Below, piece after piece: positions 36,350 through 50,100 of a DNA stretch of 64,000 nucleotides; the stretch's first letter is position 1, and every line of letters begins with the position of its first letter. Source of the DNA: Mobula birostris. Lineage: Eukaryota. The DNA is taken from positions 14,343,884 through 14,407,883 of the forward strand of contig NC_092371.1 of assembly GCF_030028105.1 (NCBI RefSeq), written 5' to 3'. The translations under genes were made by a program, and so were the position numbers. The notes under the pieces are model-generated. The model made no database searches, was not told the DNA's origin, and saw nothing but the letters and a program-made list of their open reading frames with translations.

Positions 36350-36730
36350 TTGCCAGATCGTTGTTCAGCCAGTGTGGTAATTAACGTCCCCTGCCGCTTA
36401 GGATCCTGTATTCTAAGTTTTAGTTCAGTACCGAGGTTTACTTGTGTAACTCTGTGCCTCCGTGTCAAGATAAGTATTCTAAGTTTTATTTCAGTACCGA
36501 GGTTTACCTGTGCAACTCGGTCTCTCCGTGTCAAGAACAGTATTGTCTACCGCTTGTGTTTCTACGCTCCGTGTCAAGATAAGGGTTGCCTTCCGCCTAC
36601 CTTTCTGTTTGTCGTTCAACTCCAGCAACGCTTCGTGTCAGGTTCCGGCTATGCTCACGGAATAGTATGCATCCTAACCCTATCTCCGTACCAGTATCCT
36701 GCGTTTGGGTTCTCCCCGGTCCTTGTAACA
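36350..36730 (+). mobile_element. Probable solo LTR remnant with internal duplicated units
   Basis: Ends ...ccttGTAACA. Duplicated taagttt-agtaccgaggtt units. Confidence 0.45.
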
Positions 36731-37034
36731 GTTAAAGGCAGGGAGCAAAGATTAAAAATCACTGTGAAACTTCATTATCAGTTTGGTCCCGAAGAAAGGT
36801 CTTGGCCAGAAACTTCGGCAGTTTAGTAATTTCCATTGATGTTACCTGGCCTGCTGAGTCCCTCCAGATTCTTGTTTGTGTTGCTTTGGATTTCCAGCAT
36901 CTACAGAATATGTTTTGTTCATAATTTTGGTGCTGTAAAGATCTTTGATTTTTCCTCAGCTCTTTATATTCCATTTAAATATCAGGCACATTCTCAGGGG
37001 TTATAAATCAAGTAAGCTGTGTACATACATTTAT

Positions 37035-37137
37035 ATAAGTTAGTCCTGACGAAAGGTCTCGGCCTGAAACGTCGAATGCACCTCTTCCTACAGATGCTGC
37101 CTGGCCTGCTGCGTTCACCAGCAACTTTGATGTGTGT
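37035..37137 (+). mobile_element. Penelope-like pLTR short copy with hammerhead core
   Basis: CTGACGA...GAAACGTC at 37046-37073. 13-bp TSD tacatacatttat at 37022-37034 and 37138-37150. Confidence 0.8.
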
Positions 37138-37229
37138 TACATACATTTATTGATGCTCCTGGACACATTTTCAGTGATGTTCCTGGAATCATCGTGTGTT
37201 TCAGGTCTTTCAGCATCATACAACCTCCT

Positions 37230-37815
37230 CCAGATGACCCAGCCGTGGCTGACCAGACCCCAGCTTGTGTCCAGATGGCTCGCTACTTAAGACTCCATGG
37301 CTCCCCTCTTTTGAGCCACAGCCATCTTGTGTCCCTCTCTGCCGCATCGGTGGTACTGCGAATGTCTCTCCTCTTCCTCTCTCCCTCGATGCCCAAAATG
37401 CTGAAGGCTCTAACTAAGGAACGGGATACGAATCCCCTACAACCGCTCTCCACTAGGAGACACCTCGCTCTCCATCCAGCCTGCTGACAGTTGCTGACCA
37501 GTCCTGCGTTCTTGGTGAGCTTCCTTTCAAAGGCCTCTTCCAAGCTATCTTCCCATGGGACTGCCAGCTCCAGCAGCACCACTTGCGTAGTAGACTCAGA
37601 CACTAGGACAATGTCTGGTCGTAGGGTGGCGGCTGCGATATGGTGGGGAACTTCAGCTGCCCTTCGAGGTCCACCAACAGCTGCCAGTCCTTTGCAGAGG
37701 TCAGAATGCCTGCAGATATTCTTTTGGCAGGTATTGGCTGCTCCCCAGCTGTGACGAAGGCAATGTTCTGCTTGGAAGGTCGGGACCGCTTAATGTACCC
37801 AAAGTTGCTGACCAT
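37230..37815 (-). mobile_element. HERO/R2-superfamily non-LTR 3' fragment (REL endonuclease)
   Basis: RPDIV..., LLELAVPWE...VESGCRGF...WLWLKR in ORF 37283-37603 and the adjacent frame. Confidence 0.8.
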
Positions 37816-40799
37816 AGAAAACTAGGCAGGAACATGATTGGGAAATCGAATTATCCATACAAAGGGATATCAATCCGTAATGAGAGGAAAACTACGTATC
37901 ATGTGGACAACTATAAGATTGCTGATTGCATAATTCAGACGCAGCATGGGCATTTTGGGTAGAAAATGTCTCTTTCATGTCCCTGCGTGTTTGTGCACCT
38001 GCATTTGCGAATACTTTCGTATCTAGTGTCGTTAACCCTTGTGCTTTCTGCTTCATCTTGTCATGTTTATGTTGATTGGCACGGGTTTTCTGCGCACTGG
38101 TATTATTTAAGGCAGATTCCAAATTTGCACTTATGGTGGTGTCCTGGTTTTTCGAGAATGATTCATCTCGGTGGTGCCCAGACAAGCCATCAATGTTCTG
38201 TTGGAATTAATATGAATACACTCTTGCTTCTGCCTCTACATGAGAGTTTGTGGTTCCTCCGCACCTCAGCCAGTCGTTTGTCAGTGCACAAAGAGGCAGT
38301 CGCTTCATGAGCCACAAATGAACCCAGCGGTGTTTCAACAGCCGCTTGGATAACGGTTAGCTGGAGGCGAGCGTCCCTTATATTCTCAGCGCTCGTGTCG
38401 AGGCTCTGTTCCGAGTTTTCCTATGACTTCCACTGACCTACACGTTTCCGAGAAATATTCCATATTCCCGAGATAATGCCATGTTACTGATGTTATCGAG
38501 AGCATCAGGTCTGTCTAGGGTTTACCAGTCAAGTCTCCAGAGTATCAGCTCTGACTCGAGTTTCCTAGCAATTTCTCGAGCGCATCCTGTCTGTTTCGAA
38601 TTCACAAGCCCTGTATCGAGTAACCTAGGTCTCCTTGGGACGACAGGTGCCGGCCTTGGGGAATGATGTATTACCATCAGCCAGACGGGGCTGTGAATGT
38701 GTCTTTGTTAATTGTTGTTTTATCTAGAGTCATTAACCCATTTCGCTTTCTGTTTAATCTTGTTAAATTTATTTTGACTGACACGTGATTTCTGTGTACT
38801 ATGTTTTTTTAAAGTAGACACCTCATTGGCACTTACTGCGGTGTCCTGGTGTGTCGAGAAAGATTCGACTCGCTGTTGTTCAGTCAAGCCACAAATGTTC
38901 TTGTTGGAATTCTTATCTAAAGCTGTCTCGATATGGGAGTCTGTGGTTCGTACGCGCCTGGATTCAGTCGTTTTCAGCGCACGTCGTGACAGTCTCATAG
39001 TTGGGGCTCCTTGCCTAGTGCGCTAAAATTCGAGACAATTAGAAGGATAACGAGTGGAAATGATTGAATCGGTATACAGGTCTGGAACTCTCTTACTAAA
39101 AGGCCCTTGGTGCTGAAACTCTTTATTAGGGGCAGAATCAGTTTTCTTTTTCGAGGATTGAATTATTCCATCAACATGACCAATAAAAGTCATTGGGGGT
39201 GGGGTGGGCTGGGGTTTACAACTGAGAACTCCGGGTGCTCGAAAATCCGCTGGTGAACATCTGGTGGCGGTAGAGAGCTATCGTGCACCGGAGTCGGTCC
39301 TAACCTGACAAAGCAGCTTCAACAACGTAAAATGGAGTTAGATTTGCACTTCGATTGCGCAAATCCGGATTTCAGCGCACAACAAGAGCTTTACACCAGT
39401 TAATTCATTGATGCAGTCATTCTTGTAATATATTAAGCAGGGCATCATGTTCCTAACCGGATGATATATTTTGCTAAAGTTTTTGTGGGATCGCTGTTAA
39501 CACTGGTCACAATGCTCTACTTTCGTTAAAGGCTGAGTACAATTGAGTAATATAGGAATTAAAATCTTCCACCTAACAAAAATACACTATGTGGCCACTT
39601 ATTCTGTACACCTATATAGCCGATCATGAATGCAAATATCTAATCAGTCAGTCAAGTGGCACCAACGCATTGTATAAACGTAGGCATATACAATCAAGAG
39701 GTTCAGTTGTTGGTTGGACCACACGACTGAATGGAGGAGAAAAGTGAATTTGATCGGAATGATATTTGTTGCCAGATGGAGTGGTTCGAGTATTTCGGAA
39801 ACAGCTGCTGTCCGGGAATTTTCACGCACAGCTGTTACTGGAGTTTACAGAGAATGATGCGAAAAACAAACAATTAAACGACTGAAGAAAATCATCCAGT
39901 GATCAGCAGCTCTATGTGCTAAAACACCTTGTTAATGAGGGAGGTCAGTGGAGAATAGTCGGACTGGTTCAAGCTGACATCAAGGTGACGTTAACCCGAT
40001 TGTATTAACACTGTTTGCACACCAGGGGTTTCAACAGTGATGAAGAAGAGGATCTCTGAACGCAAAATATGTCGAAAAGCAGCAGGCCATGATCATACAG
40101 GAGCTACCTGATAAAGAGGTAAGAGTAGAGATTAACATCATATTTCCTCCATGGCCTCTTCCCAATCCGCCTATTTACTGCTGCCATCGAATAACTCGCT
40201 GATTTGGTTACATTTTGGATATGCTGGTGGGAGCATATTCATGCCTTACCAGTACACGTGAGTCAAGTGAAATAGGATACCCAGAACTGATACACAGGAG
40301 CAGAAAAGTAACAACTCACGGGACCTGTTAAAATGGGGAGCAGTAAAGACATTTGGCCACTTCAGCCTGCAACGGAGGAAGACACGGGGGCGTTCGGTTC
40401 GACAAGCACAGTGTGGAGTGGAAATATTTGAGCCCCTTCCGTCACCAGCTCATTACTGGGGAATAGGAGAAGGAGCTTTTTCCATCGTAGGTATCAAAAT
40501 TCGATGTGCAATTCATTGCCACAGACAGCTGTGAAAGATTCGTCATTGGGTATATTTAAAGCGGAAGTTAAGGGATCTTTGATTAGTAACGGCGTCAAAG
40601 ATTCTATCGAGAAGGCAGGGAACAGAGTTCGGAAGGATAATAAATAAGCCATGACGGAATGGCGGGTCAAATGTGATGGGCTGAATCGTCTGATACAGCT
40701 GCTACGTATATGCTTTAAGATTAAAAAGTATTTCTGAAATGACTCTGTAAGCATTTGCAATGCCAATCTTAACTGTTTGAAATGATACCCATGTCAATA

Positions 40800-42215
40800 A
40801 AACATCAGGCACGAAAGAAAGAAACAGCAACAGACACAAAATACCCGAGGAACTCAGCAGGCCAGCAGCATCTGTGGAAAAGAATAGTCGACGTTTCGGG
40901 CTGAGACCCTTTATCAGGAGTAGGGAAAAAGTAGGGAATTCAGGGTCTGAAGGATAGGGGTAGAAAAGTAGAAACGCAACGTGATGGGTGAATCCGGGGG
41001 GTGGGGTGGGTGTGGAGGTGATGTGTAGTAAAGTTCTGGGAAGTTGCCTGGTGAAAGAGATGCAGGGTGGGAGACGGGGTAGTGTGACAGGAGAGGACAG
41101 AAATCCATAGAGGGAAGAACAGATGTAGAAGGACCAGAGGAAGGTGAAGGACAGATAAAGTGAGAGAGGGAAATAGGAATGGGGGATGGTGCATGGCGGG
41201 GAGCAGTGTGCATCTGGAAGTTCAAAAAAATCGATGCTCCCGCCACCAGGTTGTATGGTCCTCGGATGGAAGATAAGGCGTTGCTCCTCCACCCTGTGTG
41301 TGGCCTCATCATGACAGTAGAGAAGGCCATGGACGGACATGTAGAAATTGGAATGGGAAGTGAATTAAGACGCGTGGACATTGGGAAATCTCGCTTTTCC
41401 TGGCGTAGGTGAACGGCGAAGGGGTCTCTGAATCTACGTCGGGGTTCATCGACATCCAGGAGGCTACACCGGGAGCGCCAGATACAGTAGATAATCGCAA
41501 CAGACTCACAATTGAAGCGTCGCCTCACCTAGAAGGACTGCCTGCGGCCCTGAATGGTAGTGAGGGAGGAGGTACAGGGGCCGGTGTAGCACTTGTTCCG
41601 CTCGCAAGCATGTGCCAGGAAGGAGATCAGTGTGGAGGGACGAATGGTCAAGGAAGTCGCATACAGTGCGTTAACTGCGTTAACTGCGGACAGCAGAAAG
41701 TTGAGAGGGGAAGAGGGAAAGGTGCTTGGCGTTGGGATCCCATTGGGGATGGCAGAAGTTACGGAGAAGCGTGCTGTACGCGAAGGCTGGTCGTGTGGTA
41801 GGTGAGAACAAGCTGAACCCTATCCCTGATAAGGTGGCGGAGGAATGGGATGAGGGCCGACGTGCTTGAAATGGAAGTGATGCGGTTGAGGGCAGCGTTG
41901 ATGGTGGGGGATGGGAACACTTGTCTTTGAAGAAGGACGACATCTTCGTTCTCATCCTGAGAAGAGATGTGGCGGAGACGGAGGCATTGAGAGAAGATGA
42001 TGGCACTTTTACAGGTAGCTGGGTGAGAAGAGCTATTGTCCAGGTAGCTGTGAGAGTCAGTGGGTTTATAGTAGACATCAGTAGATAAATTTGTCTCCAA
42101 AGACTGAGAGAAAGAGATTGAGAAAGGAGAAGGAAGTGTCGGAAATAGACTAAGTAAATTTGAGGGCAGCGTGGAAGTTGGAGGAAAAGATGATGAGGTC
42201 GGCGTGCTCCCAATC
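40800..42215 (-). mobile_element. Penelope-like element: RT C-terminus, GIY-YIG endonuclease and pLTR
   Basis: STDVYYKPTDSHSYL...FSQCLRLR and decayed GIY-YIG (YCIWRSRCSLL...HLR; HDEATHRVEEQRLIF). Terminal hammerhead-like motif with variant CTGATAA. Confidence 0.85.
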
Positions 42216-43254
42216 ACGAAGTATGCCTGAATTAGTAGAAGACGACAAAGTGTGATAACCATTCAGACAGTAAAGAAATAAACAGTCAATGAATGGCTGA
42301 AGGAATGTTTCGAAGTGAAGGATGGCACCAGTCTAGAGTATGGCCCTTTTGGTAAACTCGGAGTTTGTGAATTAACCTCTTAGTGTTTAAGTGAACTTTA
42401 GCAAGATCTTTGTCAAGGATCAGCATGGTAAGCTGGTTCGGAATCTTGGAAAACATAAGGCGCGGGATGAGCGAGCCAATTACCCAAAAATGTTTGCGTG
42501 GCATTGGACTGAGACTGGTAGTGAAGCATTCTTTTATACACTGGAGGACTGATATCAATGGTGTAAAACAGCGACATGTGCTGACTCTACGATTGCTCGG
42601 CTATAATAACCGTTTGGATGCGAAAGTAGTTGGCATGCTTGGCATCTTGCACTTTGGGATGATAAGCTACAATAACTTCCGCGTCAATTTGCAAGAACCT
42701 GGGGAGTGTTGTAGAACAGATAGAGCGAAGGACGCCAGTGGCAAAATGAATGATCCTGAATCACGGTATGTCCAAACATATATCAATTCCAGCCTGGATT
42801 CTGGCGAGGCAATGAGAGAATGAAATTCATCAATTGTCAGTTGCTGACTGAACTGGTCATATCACAGTTGCGTTATTCTCTTCACAATCGCTTAACCCTC
42901 ACGCCACCACCCAAACACCATCAGAAGAGACAGACTTTACGCCCCTTTTGCTTTCAGTTCAGTAATGTGTAATGGGATTGCCTCTTATTTCCCTAAACTT
43001 TAGAGAGCTTGACGTCTCCTTCTCAGCCTCAAACTAAAAGTAAATTTAGTATCGAAGTTCATACATATGATCATATTTCCTACAAGATTCATTTTCTTGC
43101 GGACAAACAGAGTAAATCCAAGAAACGCAAAAGAATCATTGAACAACGGTATGCAATAATGGCGCACAATGAACCAATGTGCAATTACCCCAAAAAAGCA
43201 ATAAAATTAAGAACTTGAGTTACAGAGCTCTTGAAGGTGTCCATAAATGGTGGA

Positions 43255-43880
43255 ATCAGTTCAGTATTGGCGTGAATGAAGTTGAGTAAAGTTGTTCTCT
43301 CTGTTGCAAGAGTCTGATAGTAGAAGATGATAGTAGAGGGTGATAACTGTCCCACAACTGTGGGATCTGAGGCTCATGCACATCCTTCTTATGGCAGCAA
43401 CGAGAAAAGGGCAAGGTTCGCATGGTTGGGTTGGTGGGGAGCGGTATCCTTGAGGATGGTTGTTGCTTTCATGCGACTGCTCCGCTTTAGATGTGCTCAA
43501 CAGTGGGGAGGACTTTACCCGTGATGGTCCGGGCTTTATGCACTACTTTTTGTAGGTCTTGCTGTTCAAGGGTACTGCTGTTTCCATAGCTGGGAGTGAT
43601 ACAAGCCGTCAATGTAGACCCAATCGTGCATCTCTGGAGGTTTGTTAGAGTTTTAGATAACATTGCAAGGTTGGTGAACTTCTAAGAAAGTAGTGGCCCT
43701 GCCGTGCGTTCTTTGTAATGAGGCTTGTGAGCTGGACCCTGGACAGAAATGATAGCATCTTTGATCTCCTGAAGAGGACTGGCTGAAGGATCTCCCACCC
43801 CCCCACTACTGTAGTGAAAAACAGTTCTTTGGTTTTGCTGATACTCAGTGAGAGATGGCTGGTGTGGCACTATTCAGCCA
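43255..43880 (-). mobile_element. Rex1/L2-like LINE 3' fragment
   Basis: Decayed RT C-terminus and 3' UTR similar to other copies in the window. Confidence 0.5.
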
Positions 43881-44569
43881 GATAAGGTCATGTCTTTGAG
43901 TCAGTCCTCTCCCCAGGGGAAGCAAAGGTTACACGACCAACACGGAGACTTACATTCGAAGACTAGTGGTAGATATGTTTCACAACCTGCCAGAGGTAGT
44001 GGTAGAGGGAAATAAAATAGTGCAGTTTAAGAGACATCAGGGCAGTTAGACGGATATTAAAATTTTATGGTGACATTAGTCAAACGTATACAAGTGGTAT
44101 GAGCGCAGTTAGGTAACTTGACCAGCATGGAGAAGTTAGGCAGGAAGACCCATCTGTGTGCTGTACAGCTCTGTAAGTCTAAATATCACGGCCCTCAGGG
44201 ACAGGGAATTAGTGTCATAGTTGGTTGTCACTGAGGCTGAACAAGAACCACTCCTAGGGCTTCTAATAAATATTATCGCTGCGGATATCGGCTGTGCAGT
44301 TCTGGGGTTATGACCATATCAGATCTTGGATAACAGCGAAGCAGGTGCGCGAGGACGATGAGTAAGCTTATATATTCCCTTGCGTGTCTAGTATTGAAAC
44401 ATTTATTGGTTTTTCAGATTGTGCTGCGGGTTTGCTCAGAGATGGAGTGAGATACCAAACCCAAGATCACCCTCCGGGCTATTTACAAATCTCCATGCTG
44501 CTCAAGTCAGTATTCTGTTGGGTGCTTTCCAGGTTATACATTTATCTGACACGGAGCTGAGAGATTCAT

Positions 44570-44756
44570 NNNNNNNNNNNNNNNNNNNNNNNNNNNNNNN
44601 NNNNNNNNNNNNNNNNNNNNNNNNNNNNNNNNNNNNNNNNNNNNNNNNNNNNNNNNNNNNNNNNNNNNNNNNNNNNNNNNNNNNNNNNNNNNNNNNNNNN
44701 NNNNNNNNNNNNNNNNNNNNNNNNNNNNNNNNNNNNNNNNNNNNNNNNNNNNNNNN
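44570..44756. other. Assembly gap (187 N)
   Basis: Run of N. It abuts a CT-rich low-complexity tract at 44757-45030. Confidence 1.
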
Positions 44757-45030
44757 CTTCATCTCCCCTTCCTCTCTCTCTTCTTTTCTCTGCCTGTGTT
44801 TCTCTCTGTCCCCTCCTTCCGTAACTCTCCTCTCTGCCTCTCCCCATCTCTCCCACACATTTTCTCTGCTCACATTCTTTTCTTACTCATTCTACCTCAC
44901 TTCCAACTGTAATTTTTTCTTTCACCCCATCTCTCTCCCTCCCCGCTCTCACCGTCTCACACTCTGTCTCTCCTGTTTCCCATAACTCATTCTACCTCTC
45001 TCGTTCCTCGTCCCTCTGTCTCCCCCTTAA
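44757..45030 (+). repeat. CT-rich low-complexity tract
   Basis: Polypyrimidine (CT)n-like degenerate repeat. Confidence 0.9.
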
Positions 45031-46729
45031 TCGATTGTCACAGCAAATTCCAATTGTGCAAGCTTTTATTTTTAAGATTTAGCTGCAGAATGTGCCTATT
45101 CCTATTATAGCTGTTTCTCAGATTGAGAGAATTAAAAAAAAAGTTCAGTCGTATCTCATCATCGCCCCCACCTTCCCGGGACCTCGTGACCGCGGCACCT
45201 GCACCACTTCACAAACAGGACAGAAACAGCAGCAATTTGTGTAACTGTCGCTAGATAAAGGCTGTGCAAACCCCGTCCCGGTCCCGTGGGGAGATGACGC
45301 GGTCCGCAGCTGCATCAGTGCCGCTCACAACACAGACAGTTGGACCCTATCCATCTATCCGTCCCATCCTCGACTCTGGTCAGCGACTAAAAAAAATCAT
45401 GGGGCCCTGGGAGAGAAAATTGAAAGCCCCTGACTGAATGAGGGAGAGGTTAACTGGACTGACCAGTGTACTACGGTCAGGAGCGTTTGGAAGGAGATTT
45501 ACTATATCCCAATTTCTGAACGACACGTATTCGAAATTTTAATCACCATCTCCAATTTTCCAATAAGAGCTAATCGATAGAACAAGCCTTACACCAGCCA
45601 AACTGCAGGATATTAAGCAATAGCATTTCACAAATAAACAGAAATCGAAGTTTCACAGTAAACTTTGACACCGTGTCACGTAAGTCAAACATTTAATTGG
45701 ATGAAATTTCTTCTCATCTATTACACGGTATCCAACAGATCGTGGCAAAATGAAGGGTGGCTGATGACGAGCTAAATCACGGAGAAAAGAAAGGAGAATT
45801 GATATTCCACACGTAGCTCACTGTTAATAACATCCTTCATCAGAGTGAGGATCAGCAACAGAATCAGGTACAATATCACTGCGATATGTTGTGAAATTTG
45901 TTGTTTGTGTCCCAGAGTGCTGAGTACCCGAGTAAAATAAACATGGAATGTCAGAAAGTAATAGAGCACCACAAAACCAAATCAGACCTTTCGGTGTGTT
46001 CCCAACTATTAATCTGGTTAGTCCCGTCATTCTGCACTCGGGCTATCGGCCCCCACACCCCTCCCTCCAACCCAATTTCTCTTAAATGTTGAAATGGACC
46101 CTCATCCATCACAGCAGCTGGTAACTCTTTCTACACTCTCACCATCCTTTGAGTGAAGAAGTTTCCTCCGATGTTCCCTTTAAACATTCCACCTTTTAAC
46201 CTTATGCCATGATCTCTAGTTGCAGCCTGACCTAATATCAGTGGAAAAGGAGCCTGCTAATATTTTACCCTTGCTATATCCGTTGCAGTGGCGTAGTAGG
46301 AGACATGAAGACCCACCAGAACTCCCACAAAAATTATGTAAGGAAAGGTTAAAATAGAAGAAACATTTCTGGATAGAATAGGGTACTTTAAGAGTCTTCT
46401 GTTTAGGTGCATGGAGCTGTGAAATATAGAGGGCTATGGGTAATTCTTGCTAATTTGTAAGGTAACGACATGTTCGGCAGAGCTTTGTGGGCCGAAAGTC
46501 CTGCATTGTGCTGCAGGTTTTTCTTTGTTTCTATATGTCTATGAAAGGTTAACGTGGATGAATTTGACACTCAGAATGGAAACACTAGAAAGTACATAAA
46601 TAAAGCGTCGGTGAAATTATACACATGTATGAGAAGGCAAAGGATGCCTTCCGGAAATATATTGGAACTACAGGCCAACGTGACACTCTATGCAGGCGGC
46701 ATAGAGACACATATAAACATACATATATT

Positions 46730-46810
46730 TAGAGAGAGGGAGAGAGAGAGAGAGAGGAGAGAGATAGAGATAGACATAGATAGAGGGAAGGAGAGAGACA
46801 GAGAGAGACA
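46730..46810 (+). repeat. (GA)n / (GAGATA)n microsatellite
   Basis: Directly visible. Confidence 0.9.
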
Positions 46811-46895
46811 GTGCAGAGGGCTAGTCAACATATGTTTTGCATCTTACTTATGGAGAGTTGGCGGAATCTATTATTAAGACCATATGACCACATGT

Positions 46896-47187
46896 GTGGT
46901 CACGTGGTCAAGTGGTTACGGCATTGGACTAGCGATCTGAAGGTCGTGAGTTTGAGCCCCAGCCGAGGGAACGTGTTGTGTCCTTGAGCAAGGCACTTAA
47001 TCACACATTGCTCTGCGAGGACACTGGTGCCAAGCTGTATGGGTCCTAACGTTCTTCCCTTGGACAACATTGGTGTTGTGGAGAGGGGAGACTTGCAGCA
47101 TGGACAACTGCTGGTCTTCCATACAACCTTGCCCAGGCCTGCGCCCTGGAGAACGAAGACTTCCCAGGCACAGATCCATGGTCTCGC
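46896..47187 (+). mobile_element. tRNA-derived SINE with an RTE-type 3' tail
   Basis: Pol III box A TGGTCAAGTGG and box B GTTTGAGCC, followed by gtgttgtgtccttgagcaaggcactt body. Inserted in a CR1 tail. Confidence 0.75.
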
Positions 47188-47189
47188 AA

Positions 47190-50100
47190 GACTAACGGAT
47201 GCCTAAATGACCATAAGACATGCCCAATCAAAAACCTATCAATCTCTGCCTTAATTTCACCCAACGACCTGGCCTCCATAGCTGCAAGTGGCAACAAGTT
47301 CCATAAATTCAACACCGCTTGGCTAAAGAAATTTCTCCGCATCTTCGATTTGAAAGGGCGCTCCTCTATCATAAGGCTCTACCCTCTTGTCCTATACTTT
47401 CCCACCATGAGAAATATCCTTTAATATCTACTCTGTCTTGGTCGTTCAATATTCCAAGGATTTCAATGAAATTCCCCCTCATCCTTCTGAATTCCAGCGA
47501 GTACAGACCCAGAGCCATTAATCTTCCTTCTTCTGGCCCACTGGGAAGGTGATGAAGGAGGTGGAAGTTGGGGTGGATTGGTCTCTCTACTGTTGTTCTG
47601 ACGTTTCACATTCTTGAGCTGGAGTGGTGGTCCTGGCTGGCCTAGGACGGGGAGTGTTTTCTGGGATTGAGTGTCGGGAATTGTGAAGGGCTGAGTTTGG
47701 ATCTGTTTTGCTGGGGTGTACGTGGACTTCTGACTTCAACTGTATATTTTAGAAACAGTTTGCTATAGTAGGGAATTAAGGGTTATGGGGAAAAGGCAGG
47801 TAGATGGAGCTGAGTTTATGGACAGATCAGCCATGATCTTATTGAATGGCGGGGCAAGCTCGATGGGCCGGATGGCCTACTCCTGCTCCTATTTGTTATG
47901 TTCTTATTTTCTTATGTATGATAACCCTTTCTTTCCTGGAATCATCCTTTTGAACCTCCTCTGGACTCTGTCAATGCCAGCACAGCCTTTCTAAGATGAG
48001 GGCCGAAACTGTTCACAATACTGAAGGTGAGGCCTGACCCATCATATTCTTGCTCTTGTACTCTGGACCTCTTGAAAGGAATGCTAAAGTGGCACTTGCC
48101 TTCCTCACCACCGACTCTAGCTGCAAGTTCACCTTGAGGGTCTTCTGCACAAGGACTCCGAAGTCCCTCTGCATGTCAGATTCCTTTATATTCTCCCCGT
48201 TTAGAAAATAGGTTGCACATTTATTTCTACTTCCAAAGTGCGTGATCATGCATTTACAACATTGTATTTCATTTGCCACTTTCCTGCGCATTCTCCTCAC
48301 CCAACTAAGTCCTTTCCTCAACACTACCTGCCTCTCCACTAATCTTCGTATTATCTGCAAACTTGGCAGCAAGGCCATCTACTCTATCATCTAAATCATT
48401 TATATACAGCATAAAAAGAAGTGGTCCGAAGACCTACCCATGCGGAACACAACGAGTCCCTGGCAGCCAACCCGAAAAGGATGCTTTTATTTCCCCTCAC
48501 TGCCTTCTACCAATCAGCCAATGCTCTAACCATTATAGTAACATTCCTGTCATACCACTGGCTCTTAACTTGGTAAGCAGCCTCATGTATGGCACCTTGT
48601 CAAAGGCTTCCTAAAAGTCCAAATATACAACATCCACTGCATTCCCTAGATCCTACTTGCAATCTCAAGGAATTCCATCAGGTTGGTCAGGCAGCATTTT
48701 CCCTGAAGGAAGCCATGCTGATTTTGTACTATGTTGTCCTGTGTCACCAAGTAGTCCATCACCTCATCCTTAACAATTGACTCTAACATCTTCCCAAAAA
48801 CTGAGGTCAGGCTAACTGGTCTATAATTTCCTTTCTGCTGCCTTCCACCTTTCTTCAAGAGTAGAGTAACATTTGAAAATTTCCAGTCCTCTGATAACAT
48901 GCCAGGGTCCAATTGCTTTTGAAAGAGCATTTCTCATGCCACCATAATCTGTAACGCTACCTCTTTCAGAACAGTAGGGTGTAGCTCCTCTGGTCCGAGT
49001 GACTTATATACCTTTTGCTCTTTCGGTTTTTGAGCACCTTCTCTCTTGTAACAGTAACACAACCCACTTCTCTTCCTTCATACACCACAACATCACGCAC
49101 ACTGCTCATTTCTTCCACCGTGAAGACTGACACAGAATACTCATTTAGTTCATCAGTCATCTCCTTGTCGCCCGTTAAGATTTCGCTTGCCTCATTTTCT
49201 TCCCATTAACTTTTGCACTGTTGTATGCCCTTTCTTTTGCTTTTACAATAGCTTTGACTTTCCTTGTCAGCCACGATTGTACTATTTTAAAATGTGTGTC
49301 TTCCTTTATTTTTGGAAGACACATGTCCTGCACCTTCCTCATTTTTCTCAGAAACGCACGCCATTGCAATTCTGTTGACATGCCTGCTAGCAGCTCCTTC
49401 CAATTTACTTTGGCTAACTCCTCTCTCATACCACTGAAATTTCCCTTACCTCACTGAAATACTGCTACATCAGACTTCACTTTCTCCCTATCAAATTTCA
49501 TGTGATCACTAAGGGTTTACAAGTGTAAACCCTAGGGGTTCTTTGACCTTAAGCTCCCTCATCGCCTCCGGTTCATTAGTAGCACCTAATCAAGTATAAC
49601 TGATCCCCTTGTAGGCTCAGCGACAAACTGCTCTAAAAAGATTTTTCCAAGGCATTCAACAAACTCACTTTCGTGAGGTCCATTACCAGCTGATTTTCCC
49701 TACCGACCTGCATGTTAAAGTCTCCCGTAACCACAATTGCTTGTTTGACTCGCTTGCTATATTTCCTTTTGTAACGTGTGGTCCACCTGCCAGCCACTGT
49801 TGGGAGGTCTGTATATAACTGCCATTAATGTCCTCTTATCTTGCAGTTTCGCAACTCAACCCACAAGGATTCAACTTCTTCCGATCCTATGTCACCTCTG
49901 TCTATTGATCTGATCCTACTTTTACCAGTAGAGCCACACCACTTCCTCTGCCTACCTTCTGATACCCTCGATGTAATGTGTAACTTTGGATTTTCTGCTC
50001 CCAGCTACAACCATCCTTCAGCCACGATTTAGTGATGGCCACAACATCATACCTGCCAATCTGTAATGTCGCAACAAGATCATCCACCTTATTTCTTAAA

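Noticed and set aside
44419-44985. ORFs spanning the N run
   Set aside because: Artefacts of the gap and the CT-rich tract.
46896-46970. tRNA-like sequence
   Set aside because: Continues into a SINE body and LINE-type tail, and has no complete cloverleaf, so it is not a tRNA gene.
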